In this document: piece after piece, positions 14,220-27,282 of the stretch
Numbering within the stretch: the first letter of the stretch is position 1
How the letters are laid out: each line of letters opens with the position of its first letter
Assembly (NCBI RefSeq): GCF_009914755.1
Contig: NC_060932.1
Reading direction: 5' to 3' (one strand)
Source: the human T2T-CHM13v2.0 reference genome, Homo sapiens
Length of the DNA stretch: 64,000 nt
Made by a program: the position numbers and the translations under genes
The notes under the pieces: generated by a model
Told to the model about the DNA's origin: nothing
The model's input: the letters and a program-made list of their open reading frames with translations, nothing else
Database searches by the model: none

Positions 14220-14312
14220 GATAAACTTATTTATCTTACATATTGGTATGACAAACTTATTTATCTTACATATTGGTATGATAAACTTATTTATCTTACA
14301 TATTGGTATGAT
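14220..14312. repeat. 30-bp tandem repeat, 3 copies (GATAAACTTATTTATCTTACATATTGGTAT)
   Basis: Three head-to-tail copies with one T>C difference in copy 2. Confidence 0.97.
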
Positions 14313-15559
14313 TTTCATTTCAATGGGGTCGTAAGATCTCATCATGGTATTCCCCTGTGCTATGTTCTTGAACGTTAATTATATGAAAGTAGAACAATTT
14401 TCCTATACAAAGGAAAAGGATGGGAAAGGAGAGGCTGTCTGACAGCTTCAATTATTTTGTGTTTCTATGATACACAGAGCACTATTTGAACCTGTAGCAA
14501 TTTGCTGGCACCAAGAGTATCAAAAGCACATTCAGTGAATGAGAGGAAGGATAGCAATTCCTTCTATTAGACTGGCAATTGACCATCTGCTTCAGAGACT
14601 AGTGTTTAACCTGCAAGTAATCACGGTAAAATAGCTTGATGATGTGTCTCTGTCAGGCTTTTCATTTTTCCTGGGTAGGGGCAAGTTGGGATGGGAGTGG
14701 TTAAAAATGTAGACTTCTGGTTGGCCTCCCATTCTGTTGGAATCCTAGGTACATTCAATACCTTTGATCACCTTCTCCCAAGATCAATCAGAAGAAAGGT
14801 ACCACATTCAGTATTCGGTTAAATAAAATCAAATTTAAGCTTCGTTCTCTAATATTTCTTTAGCAAGATACTTCTAGCATCAGATGAAATTTGCAGTTTG
14901 TTACTGGTGCTCTTCCATGTGTCTTAGAACCACCATCTGAGCACTACGACTGTTAATGCCAAAGGATTTATTTGAAAATTTTTATGTATATGTTATTTCA
15001 GTCTTTTTGGAAGTTATTCGGAGCTATTATTGGATATGTTAAATTATATGCACTTCTTAAAGAGGAGTATGCTTTTCATAATTAGATTTCTATCTTCTTA
15101 TGCAGCTTAACATAAGGGAGCATGATACTATTAGATAACAAACGTCCAGGTGGCTGCAGCTAAAGCAGTAGGTTTGATATTTTAGACAGTAAATAATTGT
15201 GAAATAATTTTGTTTGAATGTCTTTTTGTTTTTAGTATTGGGAAATTTCTTTTTGACCCAACCTAAAAATTTGTCTTTTTACTGATAAATGGTTAGAAAA
15301 AAAAAGGAAGAGTGTATTCCCAGCAAGAGCAAAATTTATACACTAGAATTACACAGACTGATGCATTAACTTACAGCATCAGGAATAGTTAGTGCTTGGA
15401 ATTACAATAGTTCCTTTTCGGGGCCTAGGTATTTCGGAACTTGAACAAATGGGGAATTTTAGAGGCACTGAAATATTTTATCCCTTTCCAAAATCCCCAT
15501 CAAGTTTTGCTACCAACACAAGTGCTGTGATAGCTAATTTATACACTATTAATTAATTG

Positions 15560-16415
15560 TCATTTACTCATTTATTTAGCAAATATTTCTGAGTAACTTA
15601 TTCTGTGCCAGGCACTATTCTAGGTTCTTGGGGATGCTTCACTGAGTGAAAACAAAACAAAACAAAAAATTCCCTGCCCTCATGGAGCTTACATGCTGGT
15701 GTGGCAAACAGGCAATAATCAGATAATTAATACATGTATAGCATAGTAGATACTGATAAATATCAAGAAAAAAGTGAATCAGGGAAGGGGGATTAAAAAT
15801 GCTGAGAAGGGGGATACTAATATTTTAAGTATATTAGAATTGGAGCAAAGACCTGAAAAAGGAAGGGTATGAGTAATATAGCCATCTAAAGGACAATCAC
15901 TCCAGACAAGTGCTGTCCAACAGACTGGCCATGAGTCTCATGTAAACACCACATTGGACAACACAGGTGTGAAAATTCTCCATCATCGCAGAAAGTTCTA
16001 ATGGACAGTGCTGCTCCCAACAGAAAGAATGGCAAATACACAGGTCCTGAAGAGGCGGACAACAGAAGAAGTAACAAGGAGGTCAGTATACCTGTAACTG
16101 GGTACAAGTGGGAGAGGGAAATAGGAGACAGAAAGTCAATGAGGGGCCAGAGTATGTAGAATCTCTCGCAGGTCCTTCCTGGACTTCAAGATATTATTCT
16201 GAGCAAGATGGGAAGCCTTTGGAATGTGTTGAGTGGAAGGGTAATGTGCTGTACTTTGCACTGTGTCAAGGGCACTCTGACTGCTGTTTTGAGAATTAAG
16301 AGGCCAGAGCAGAAGTTAAAAAAACCATTGTGATCATCCAGGAAGAGGAAGAGCACTGTCCACCAGTAAAGAGCATAAACTGTGAGAAGTGGTAGATTCT
16401 AGATTGATACTGGAG
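15560..16415 (-). mobile_element. L2 LINE 3' part
   Basis: Antisense L2 tail CATTTATTTAGCAAATATTTCTGAG...TGTGCCAGGCACTATTCTAGG; CCCTGCCCTCATGGAGCTTACA; GATGGGAAGCCTTTGGA. Confidence 0.8.
15908..16013 (-). mobile_element. MER3-like hAT-Charlie MITE, internally deleted, inside L2
   Basis: Terminal inverted repeats AGTGCTGTCCAA ... TGGACAGTGCTG; TCCATCATCGCAGAAAGTTCTA; imperfect 8-bp TSD CTCCAGAC/CTCCCAAC. Confidence 0.75.
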
Positions 16416-18479
16416 TATGATAAAGGCAAATAACCCACCCAGGGATACTTATTACAATGTAGGTTCTAGACACCCACTCACAGAAATTATGATTTGGCAG
16501 AATTATTATGGTGCAGAAAAATCTACATTTTTTTTCTCCCATGAGAATTCTGATTCTCGTGCCCAACTCATTCCCCAACATATATTTGCCCTGCATCCTC
16601 TGAAAGCTTTGAAATACATTTGTTTGGTGGCTTGTTTAACATTAAATTTATAACTGGTGAACACTAGATGCTGGTGATGCAAGCAGTGTAGTCATCATTG
16701 GAGGTAGTAGAGACCCACCAAATGCCTCTTTAATATCATTGTGAAGAAATGAATCCTTGACGGAAGTTTTTGGTTTTGCTTTCTATTTTTTGTTGTTATT
16801 GTTGTTGTTTGGACGACATTTATACATTCCCTGGAATTAAGCTAAAAGGCACATAACGGATGCTTAAGCCAAGGTGAGATGCCATTTCCACTTTTTTAAA
16901 ACAACATAGAAGCTACCATTTAGCACACACAGGTTATGAACACACATATCTTCTAATCTGAAATGTGTTATATTTTCTCTACCTGAATGATAAGAACCCA
17001 TTCCATGATCTATTTTCTTTTTTCATGAAGAGTCCAATCTACCACTTTCCATGATATGATTTCCATATTCAGTATCAACAAGTAATTATAAAATGACAAA
17101 CAAATATCCACATTTTTATATTGAGATTAAGGGAAATAGTTTTTTCAGATACAAGTAAGTCCAGATAAAAATTTCCGTTCTTTTTTCTTTCTTATTTTTC
17201 CTTCATTGCCTAGGAAGATAAGATGGAGTCAGACTTCAAGGAGGAAATTGGAGAAAATGCATTTAAGAGAAAGAAAAAATGAGGATCAATCAGGCTGAAG
17301 TGAATAGTTACAATTTGCCTACAGCCCGGCATAACTACTATCATGATCTAACTATGGGGAAAAATGTTTTAAAGTACAATTTTCACATAAATCAAGTAGC
17401 ACATGAAGAGGAAAAATAAACCTAATATTGCCTTTAGGAGTATCCGCATATTAGTGAAGGACTATGTAAAGGTGTCTGAAATTTCTATTTCAATAAAACT
17501 TCTCTAAAAGTTTATTATTCATGAGTTGTTCTTTTGCTTCAAACAACACTCTAAATACACCTTAGAGAGAATAAACTCATTTTAATCGCAATCATTTTAA
17601 TGTAAATTGATTGATCAGATCACTTTTCTTCTTGGCAAAATTCTGTTTTAAAGTATTTTAAAAGGCTTTAAAGTTTTTAGCATCAGACGCTTAAAAAGAA
17701 AGAGGTGGGAATGAAGACAATAACTTTTACCGTTTGTTTTTTTTTTAAGGGGCCAGTTCAGAGAGCAGCAAGAATCTGCATAGAAGTAATCATTTCTGGA
17801 AATCCAGATTACTTAGTGGCATCTGCTGAAACACAGATGAGTTGAGTGCACTGTTCACCAGTTCCTATTACTTTCCTTTGACTTGATCCATAGGACAGTA
17901 GCCAAGAGTATGACGATCAGTCATGGAGCCAATGGCATTGCTTCCTGAGATTCTGAGAATATGCCTTCTATCTTATTCATTCCTTCACCTTTGGCCAGAC
18001 AATTTTATAATGGGAATGATGATGACAGGCAAACTTACAGACAGAAGAAAGGAAGTGTAGGGTGTGAGGGCAGGGAAACTTGGAGCATCTATTCTTCTAT
18101 TTTTGGTCCCATAACTCCCCCAATATTATCCTTCGGCTTAGCCATCACTAGTTTTCATTCTGTCTGCCTACCCATAATATCCATTTTTCCCCTAATTGAT
18201 TGTTCTCATTAAGAAGCCTGTGGAGTCTGGCTCATGGAAAAATATTTGAGGCTCTACTGTATTTCTCAGTGATGGAAAACATTCTTTTCATATATGTAAG
18301 AAATGTGAGAACTGGTCTTGGGTGAGACTTGGTATAAGAAGCCATACAAGCAAGAAGAAAAAAAAAAAATATTTCCCCTGAGGGAAAATGGTAGTTATAT
18401 TACAGTGGTAGCAAAAGGAGATGACTACCAAGTAGGAACTTTTGCCAAGCCCACATGGGTATATAGATTAGCCATAATT

Positions 18480-18562
18480 AGCCGGGCGTGGTGGCTCACG
18501 CCTCTAATCCCAGCACTTTGGGAGGCCAAGGCGGGTGGATCACTTGAGGTCAGGAGTTTGAG
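18480..18562 (+). mobile_element. Alu 5' fragment (about 83 bp), no poly(A)
   Basis: GCCGGGCGTGGTGGCTCACGCC...GAGGTCAGGAGTTTGAG, flanked by AGATTAGCCAT(A/C)AT direct repeats. Confidence 0.93.
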
Positions 18563-18849
18563 ATTAGCCATCATATACCCTATCTTGTGGCTTTGTGTTT
18601 CAGGTTAAAATACTTGTTATGAAGAGGGCCTGTACCAATGATTTTGATCTTTCATTAAAAAAGGAAATTTCAAGCTCTTAGAAACAAAGAAAAAATAAAC
18701 GAGTGTTACAAGAATGTTTTAAGCATTCCGTAGATGGCTCAAGAATAGTATGTAAGTATTTCTCCACAAAGATATTCCACTGAAATTTTGGTAAGCAACA
18801 GTGGAAATAGGTTTAAACATTCCAGGTGACTCAAGTTCAATATAATGAC

Positions 18850-19030
18850 AACACTAGTTAGAGTTTTCAAGCACTTTCTCCGATAAGCACTTTATATGCA
18901 TTGTGTCATTTAACAATTGCATTGACTTTATGAAGTAGACATGATTATACCCATTTTCATAAAGAAGAAACTGAAGCACAAGGTCAAACAATGAGTAAAA
19001 AGCCAACTCAATACTGCAGTCCAACTTATA
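18850..19030 (-). mobile_element. MIR fragment
   Basis: TAAGCACTTTATATGCATT...CCCATTTTCATAAAGAAGAAACTGAAGCACAAGG. Confidence 0.6.
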
Positions 19031-19859
19031 GAATTAAGTTGCCTTCTAGCTTGGATTCTGGGAGAGAGTTGATAAAGGGCACTATTAAATGACCATCACA
19101 CATCTCTTCTAGTACCAGTGTGGCTATTCAATGGCTTAACCAGTTCTGGCACTGAAACGACTGGGCAAAAATCAGACCATTTGAGTTTAGTCCCTGTCCA
19201 GGTCTCAGAACCCACATTAATCTCCCCACTGTCACTACTCCACTGCCTAGAAAGACTCCTATCCTTTCTGGTATCCTCATATCAGAGAGGTTCTTATCAT
19301 CCATGTTCTCACTTGGAATTCCTCACCATAGACCACAATCACTCTTGCTTTGCCACTGGAACTGTTCATTTATTTCTAACAGTTTCTACTATATCCTCCC
19401 AATGTTGGTGGAGGGATCTTTTTCCTTTGGCCTGAACTGGAACCTAGCTCTCCCTTCGAAATATTTTTTCCTGTGGTTTGTGTAGTTGGGACTCCTCTTT
19501 CTGCCAGAAGCCATAACCAGGATGTGTAGTTTAGCATTTTCCTGGGTCCCTATCACTACCTCCAGAGCTTATTCACCTCCCTGTGATGCTCATCATCCAG
19601 CTCTATCCCATCTCCCCCCTTCCTCCTTGCTTGTCATTGGCAAACTTCCAAATACTTTCCTTTAAGTGATTCTGAGACCCATATATCAAGTTTGTTTTTA
19701 AAATAAATGTATTGAAGCAAAAAAAAATTAAGTAAATGTAAAGAAGAACACATTTAATGAGATATAGAGCTATGGCAAAAGTAGTGAAGTCTGGAAAATC
19801 TTAACTTTACAATAAATAAATCCAAGATCATTGTAAGCATTGAAGAGCCTCTATTGCCT

Positions 19860-20290
19860 AGTTTATGCCTGCTCACGTCTGAAACATCACCCTCCGCCAC
19901 TCCATTCTTCACCTTTTAAACCTTAGTCATGCAGAACTACATGTAGCTCTTTCTTACTTCCTGCAAACCATGCTCATACTCACTTTTCTTAGCCACCCCA
20001 ATCCAAGATCAATTTATTTGGTTAGATCCTATCCTTGACTCAGTTCAGTGATTATTTCTTACAAAGCCCTTAGCCCCATCAGGTTAGAGGTGGCGATGGG
20101 AAGAGGAATTTAACTCCATAGCCATTTCCGTCATGTGTTCCTCGTGTGGTTTTACAACAATCTATTATATGCCTGTCTCCCCTACTAGACTGCGGGTTTC
20201 TTAAAAAGATGAACTATGGTGTAATTGTCTTTTTCCCCACTGCCCATGCATAGAGAAAGCTCTCCATTAATACTTGAGAAACGAATGGAT
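19860..20290 (+). mobile_element. Degenerate L2 3' region
   Basis: CCTGTCTCCCCTACTAGACTG...CCCACTGCCCATGCATAG; L2 tail-like. Confidence 0.5.
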
Positions 20291-23200
20291 ACCACCAAAG
20301 TCTTTTGGGGAAAAGACTCACTCACAAATATCTTCCTTTTCATTATTCCCTGTATGCTCCTTTCATCATTTGCACAAGGTCCTAAATGTAATTTCAAAGT
20401 TGTAACTTTGCATTTCAGAGACAGAATTGATGTAATTTTTTTTTTCTAGATGCAGGGCTGCCTTTTACATTTAGGGCTGGACTGGGTGAGTATACACTTA
20501 AAAGTTTTGTTTGTGCACTCATGAAATTTTAAAGTGCCTCATTCAAAAAATCAAATACTCTTAAAATTCCTACCTCTTTCATTTTAAATAACACTCATGG
20601 TTGGTATCCCCTGAGTAAAATAAATAAAAAACCAGTATGTATCAGAGAGGACATTTAAATTTTTTAATTGAGCTGCTAACCTAATCAACTCCATCATCTG
20701 ATATATGTCCTTTCCATTCTCATTTCCTGAAGCAAAGAATGAGGACTGTGCCTCGTTCCAAGAGGTGCATTATGTGAGTGCCGCTTAATCAGCACTTATA
20801 GGTTTTGTCTTCCAGTATGCTTTCCTTCATTCTCTTGACTCCACTTTGCCTTTATTCTCCCCATAATTTCCAGAATCTTTGTTAGGCTCCTACTTAGCAC
20901 TCCAAACATAAAGGGGATATGTTTGGCCTTAAATAGGAAAAATTCTGTGATCTCAGAGGCATTTTCCATATGGACTCTTACAGAGGCAGACACTGGAATG
21001 CTTTCTTAGAAGACTCCAGAATGTTTCCAGAGAGACACAGGCATGCAAATTAAAACTTCGGCAAGTGCAGGGCTGATTTACTGTAGGCATTTGCCAGTGG
21101 CTTTACCAGAATATTTTGCAGTATAAATTGTAAACTTTTTTTTAATAGCAAGAACACAAGTAGGACATTATGAACCTTGTTGTTATATAGACAAGGAAGT
21201 GAGAAGAGAGGCAGATGGATAAGTTTTAACGTATGTTCATTTATGTCCAATATGTCTGCTTTCATTTCTTTTATTTTAAAAACTGGTTAGCAAAAGTAAG
21301 AGAAGAGAAAAGGTTTTCAACACAAGAAGAACACAATTCTGATGAAGAGGAGAAGAGTGTTATTTGAATGACGTTTTTTGGAGGGGGCAGTTCTGTAGAA
21401 CGCTGTAACTGGCATCACCAGTGTAAAGAGAGGCACTTCTGCAGTCTTCTCACATTGCTTATTTTGAGGTTGGCATGTTTACCGTGTTTACAATGCACCG
21501 TAAAAAGACAGCACAGCATCACCGAATGCAAGAAAGCATTGCTCGCATTTCCCACTGGTAAAAAGTCTGCAGAAAGAGATTAAGAGAACAAGACCAGCAA
21601 AGAACCTAGAGAAGTTCAAGCAGGTGCTGACGTTTTAATGAAACTTAAATTTCCAGAGCTACAAGTCTCAGAGAAGTTAGCAAATTGTGTTATACAAAAA
21701 GATATAAATATAAATCATCACCTGTCAGTTCCAAGAATACAAATGAACAAAGAGTTGATCAGCAAGGAATTCTTTCCCCGCTATCCTCCAGCCTATCTCC
21801 TAATAACCCACAAACGTTAATTCTTTATACTCAAATTGGTTGCCTAAATAACTGTTTTCAAACAGCTATTTGAAATTTTACTACATAATTTGTTTATTAT
21901 GCAAATGTGAATAACCCCCCAGTGATACTTTTTGACTAGCAACAATATAGAGAGTGCACAACTTTGCATATTGTAAATTCACATAAACATTTATATTTTT
22001 AAGAATCCAATGAATTAGAGAACCTGTGGGTAGATGACATTTTTAAAGTCAGAAAGAGTCATTTTATAGTTGAAATTAATTCTTGGAAACAATGTTTTTA
22101 TTACTTGGTATTCTAGGCCCAGTTCTTTTAAATAAATAATTAGCACAGTAGAACAAATGTCCAGCAAAATTTTAAATGTGTCATTAATGGGTTCAGTAGT
22201 ATTCAAAATTTACTGAAATAGATCTCTTAAACATCCCGAGGGATACTATAAAATTATTAATTTGGCTTTTATTTGAGAAAAATCCAAGCTTTTTAAGCTA
22301 TAGCTCTAATTTCAATTTGATTTTCTGAGCAAAAATATGTATAATTGGTAAATAAAATTTTAACAATATAATGTGGGAAAAATTATTTCTCAAAAAATAT
22401 TTCACAGTTCAAGGTAAAAAGAAGTGCACTTAAAAAATGTACATATGACAAAATAAAAATCTATGCCTGTGCACTGTTGATCTCCAACTGAATTGGCATA
22501 GCATTTGTGAAGAATACTGCATGAGGGTAGAAGAGTGGATAAACATTAAGACCAAGGATCAATTCTTAATGCCGAAAAACTAATTGCTCGTACTTTTTAA
22601 ATACTAGGAACAGCCTTCCTATAAACATTTTACGATAATACTCTACCTTAAATCACCTACCACTTTAAGCAACAGTACATCCTTCTAACACCTATCAGTT
22701 CATCTATTTTCTAAATCTCTATTGTGCTTTAATTCTTCTCTGCTTTTGGCTGATGGTACTTACAGCTGTTGATCATTAAGGTTACATCTGGCCTACAATG
22801 AAGTAGTCTTTGCAAAAAGAAAAATTATTTATGTTTCTTCTCATGTTCCAGTGGACATCAGCTAAAGCAAGTCCAGAAGCAGATAGCCAGTCCTGTCCAT
22901 GCAGCTGGTTAGCAGCGTTACACACTGGCCTGGAAATCACTTTTTCTGTAGCTAATTTGAGTTTACAAACATCGGATAGGGAATATCATGTGCTGTCAAC
23001 TAGATTCCTGAAGATTTACACATGTGGCAAAACTACTTGTCTGTATTAAAAAAACAAAAACAAAAAAACAAGTATAAACGTATACTGGGAATAAGAACCT
23101 TTCAAAATTTAGCTATGTAGGTGGTGGTAAATTCTGGTTGCCAGAATCTCCTTAGATTAATATCAGGGTGATATTCTCCACAATTGACAATAGACAGTGA

Positions 23201-23830
23201 GTGGGACAGGGTGTTAAAATATCAGTGAAGTAACCCAACGTATGCAAATTGAAACAGGGGCTTTTTTTTTTTCCTTAAATAAACTAAAGAATCATTGGAA
23301 ATCCTGAATCCAGGTGGAAAAAAAACCCTCCATCTCTATCAAGAATTGCTTCCTCAGATGACATCATCATTTATTTACATATAAGTCCATGAAAGTCTAC
23401 TGGCACAGTAGAATTCAAACAATTAGTATACCTGCAGTCTTGACTTGTCATGACATAAAGTAGTAGTCTTTCTTCATTTCATGCCGTCATCAGCTCAGCT
23501 ACCCAACAATTGTCCAAAGCAGTAGAGAGAGCAAATTAAAGTGAATCTACTCCTTGGCATTTGCCAGATAAGCCACAAATTAAATATCCTCTTAAAACAA
23601 AAAAGGATTTCAAGTCTCAGAAGAGAAATCAGTGCTGGTTGATAAATATTTCCACTTTAAGTTATATTTATTTCATAAAATCTTTTATTTGGCATTGTGT
23701 AAATGGTCAGCAATCTTTCCCTCATATTTGATTCCTCTTTAAAACCACAATAGCATGATTTAGCTATTACATGGCCTGTGATAGCAACAGTTGAAAAGTA
23801 AACTAAGGGAAATATTTAAGAGGCAATGAT

Positions 23831-23920
23831 CGGAACATCGCATCGTGCACCTTAAATATACATGATTTTTATTTAAAACAACAAAAATTAATGAATGAAG
23901 GTAAACATACATAAAAAGCC
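23831..23920 (+). mobile_element. Short L1MA-type 3' terminal fragment with possible TSD
   Basis: AACATCGCATCGTGCACCTTAAATATACATGATTTTTATTT plus A-rich tail; flanks AGGCAATGAT / AGGCAGTGAT. Confidence 0.5.
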
Positions 23921-24289
23921 AAGGCAGTGATAAACTTTGAAACGACTAACTCGTCTCTGAAAGAATGGAGAGAAACTAGAAAGATGTAAGAACAAAACAT
24001 AGAGCTTAATTCCTAAAATAGTTTTTAAAAATCAGATCCTTTGGAGGAATAAAAACATCTTTAGGGTAGAGCTAAGAACCTGTGACAGTAACATGTCTTA
24101 GGCTGTGACATCAGTATTCTTAGCAGAGTTGGCTGCTCAGGTCTTTGAGCAGAAAGCTCCGACTTGGATACAGTAAGCATTAACCAATGCAGAAGTAACT
24201 GACTTAGGATATGGCATTACTCAAAAGTGGGTCATTTTAAAAAATTCTTAATACTTATTACAGACACAAGACATGTTTCTCTAGTGTAG

Positions 24290-24390
24290 GCATGTTAACT
24301 CTTGGTGTGCTGGACAAATTCCAGTTTGGACACCGTATTTTAAAAGCAATAGAAAAATCTGGAACTCCATTTCATGTAGGAAAGCATATG
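24290..24390 (+). mobile_element. L3/CR1 fragment
   Basis: CCAGTTTGGACACCGTATTTTAAAAGCAATAGAAAAATCTGGA resembles the CR1 ORF2 3' motif (Q-F-W-x-P-x-F-K-x-D-x-x-K-L-E). Confidence 0.45.
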
Positions 24391-24902
24391 GCTTGAAAGT
24401 AAATATAGTTTAAACATATGAAGCATATTAAATTAATTATTATAATTTAAGTGATTTGAAAAATGTCTGCAGTTTTTATGACATATGCTTTTAATGATTC
24501 ACATTACCTGTAGGCACTTCAAAAGCACTGGGATTCCGATTCTCTTCAGTAATTAGGGGGTCAAATGATATGCCGAGTACATTAGAGAACAGAGCCCAGT
24601 GAAAATGGGCCATGTGCCAAAATCATACCCTTCAAGACAGATGGGAACCAAGCCTCGGAATGGTCTGTAATTGTACCATTTTTGAAAGCCACACTTTAAT
24701 GCTATGAGGACATGTAGAGGCTATATCTGAAGAATGTATACAATATTTGTACCCGAAGTTAAACAAAACGTAAATCTTTGTCTGTGGGTTGTCCCCAACT
24801 TAGAGACCTCATCAGAGGTACTACCCCTGTACTACTATCCATCAGAGGTGCTTTTATTTCCTACAACATCTGAACATCCTAACCAGAACCAGACAGCATG
24901 AT

Positions 24903-25229
24903 CACTCATTCATTTATTCATCCCACAAACATCTACTGAGCACCTACAAAAAATATATGTTCTAGGCAATGCTTTAGGTACTGAGGAGCTTTGGTAAAGA
25001 GGAGAGAAGTTCATTGTCCTCTTGTATTTTATATCCCTTAGCAGGGGCAGACAGTTGAAAAAATATAGAACTAAATAACTCCAAATAGGGAAGGAAAAAA
25101 AATCACAAAAGGAAACTGGTAGAGAGAGGCTGATACAGGAGATATGAACTTCTTTAGCTTGGGTCATGCACAGAAGCCACACACACAGAAGCAGGGGATA
25201 TTGCTGAGACACAGGAGTAAAAAGATGGC

Positions 25230-25270
<41 letters not shown>

Positions 25271-25505
25271 GCAGGGGACACTTTGCTGAGACTCAGGAAT
25301 GAAAAGGTGGCGATGGTGTTTTTTCTCTTGGAGGAACTGCCAGTTTATAGGCCTTGAGCTGGAGAAGACATGCTCAAGCAAGAGAGAGGCGTGGTGGTTG
25401 GAGCTGAGCATGTGGAGAGACAAGTGAAAAAAAATGAAGTTGACAGTTTGGCAAAGTGAGATCATGTAGAGCTATTTAGACCACAGTAGGGAGTTTGTAT
25501 TATAG
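24903..25505 (-). mobile_element. L2 LINE 3' part containing a (CA)n and a local duplication
   Basis: TCATTCATTTATTCATCCCACAAACATCTACTGAGCACCTAC antisense L2 tail. Confidence 0.65.
25235..25267. repeat. (CA)n microsatellite
   Basis: About 16 CA units. Confidence 0.97.
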
Positions 25506-25539
25506 TCAACCTAAAATAATAGTAATAACCACAATTAGC

Positions 25540-25720
25540 TAATAACAAGAGGGAAGGGAACACATTGGGTGCTTACTATGTGCTAGGCAATGCTTTAAGC
25601 AACACAGATAACCTCATCTATTTCCTATCACCATCCCCATTTTATAAATGGGAAAGTCAAGCACAGAGAAATAAAGAAACTTTACCAAAGTTAGCCAGCT
25701 AGTAAGAAAGAGACATTTGC
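25540..25720 (-). mobile_element. MIR SINE
   Basis: GTGCTTACTATGTGCTAGGCAATGCTTTAAGC...ATCCCCATTTTATAAATG...AGCACAGAGAA. Confidence 0.7.
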
Positions 25721-26213
25721 TGATAAGTATGATAATTCTTAAATTGGAAAAATTCCACACACTCATATGATAATTCTTAATCCTTCAATTATCTCATGCC
25801 CTCAAATAGGTGTTTCATGCCATCTCTATGCAAGTCATTGTATTTTGCACAGCTAGAATGTTGTCTGTTGTTTTTGTTTACATGGCTTCATGTCTTTTAG
25901 GACATGGTACGTAGGAAATTGCATGGTGAAGTGGTACAAGCATCAGGCTCAAGAATGAGAGTCCAGTTTGACAGACCAGATGAAGAAGTGATTAAGACCA
26001 TAGTTCTGGACTTAGACAAGCCTGGCTTTGTGACTTTGGACAAATTATTTGATAACTGTAAGTGTATTTATCACTAAAAGGCAGATAATAATATTATGTC
26101 ATACAGATGCTCATCCATTGATTCAACAAATATTAATTGAGTGTCTTCCATGTGCCAGGTACCTTTCTCCTCTATAAAATGGAACAGAAAACAAACAAAA
26201 AAATATATATGTA

Positions 26214-26497
26214 TTTTGAGACAAAGTATTGCTCTGTTGCCCAGGCTGGAGTGCAGTGGCACGAGCTCGGCTCACTCCAACCTGCACTTCCAGTTCAAGC
26301 AATTCTCCTCCCTCAGCTTCCCGAGTAGCTGGGATTACAAGTGTGCACCACCACACCTAGCTAATTTTTTTGTATTTTAGTAGAAACGGGTCTTCACCAT
26401 GTTGCCCAGACTGGTCTCAAAGTCCTGAGCTCAGGCATTTCACCCATCTCAGCCTTCTAAAGTGCTAGGATTACAGGTGTGAGCCACTACACCCAGC
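26214..26497 (-). mobile_element. Alu (older S/J type), full length
   Basis: TTTTGAGACAAAG...GCCCAGGCTGGAGTGCAGTGGC...GTGTGAGCCACTACACCCAGC. Confidence 0.95.
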
Positions 26498-26887
26498 AAA
26501 AAATATCTGCCTCTATGTACCTTACATTCTATTTGGACAGGCAAAGCTCAGACAAGATTAATATATGTTAAAATGTACAGCAAAACATATAGTATTTTAG
26601 ATAGTGTTAAGTGCAGTGGAGAAAAAAAAACAAAACAATAAGGGTGGCGAGAAGAATCAGGATGGAGAAAATAACTTCATTTTAGATGTGGAGTCCAGGA
26701 TAGGCTTCACTGACGAGGTTGATCTGAGGAAATATCTGTAAGAAAAAAAGAAGCAAAAAGACCCAAGGCAGACTGAGTTGTGAGCAGACCTGTTGTATTG
26801 GAGGAGGCTGTGGAATGAGTGAAGGAGCCTATTTGGAGATGGAGTCAGAGAAGTAAGAGGGATGATGATACAGGATTTAAGAAGTCA

Positions 26888-27282
26888 CCATGGAATACTA
26901 TGCAGCCATAAAAAAGTATGAGTTCATGACCTTTGTAGGGACATGGATGAAGCTGGAAACCATCATTCTGAGCAAACTATCGCAAGGACAGAAAACCAAA
27001 CACCGCATGTTCTCACTCATAAGTGGGAATTGAACAATGAGAACACTGGGACACAGGGTAGGGAACATCATGCACCAGGGCCTGTCATGGGGTGGGGGGA
27101 GGGGGAGGGATAGCATTAGGAGAAATACCTAATGTAATTGATGAGTTAATGGGTGCAGCACACCAACATGGCACATGTATACATATGTAACAAACCTGCA
27201 CACTGTGCACATGTACCCTAGAACTTAAAATATAATAAAAAATAAATAAATAAAAATAAATTTCTCATAATAAAGCAAAAAA
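26888..27282 (+). mobile_element. 5'-truncated L1PA (primate) 3' end with TSD AAGAAGTCA
   Basis: CATGGAATACTATGCAGCCATAAAAAAG...GGACATGGATGAAGCTGGAAACC...G-rich tract...TACCCTAGAACTTAAAATATAATAAA; AAGAAGTCA at 26879-26887 and 27283-27291. Confidence 0.96.

Noticed and set aside
14220-14312. 30-bp direct repeats as a CRISPR array
   Set aside because: The copies are contiguous with no spacers, there are no cas genes, and the context is primate DNA; this is a plain tandem repeat
26898-27116. 72-aa ORF, and the 120-aa ORF at 1392-1754
   Set aside because: Both are antisense translations of L1 3' regions
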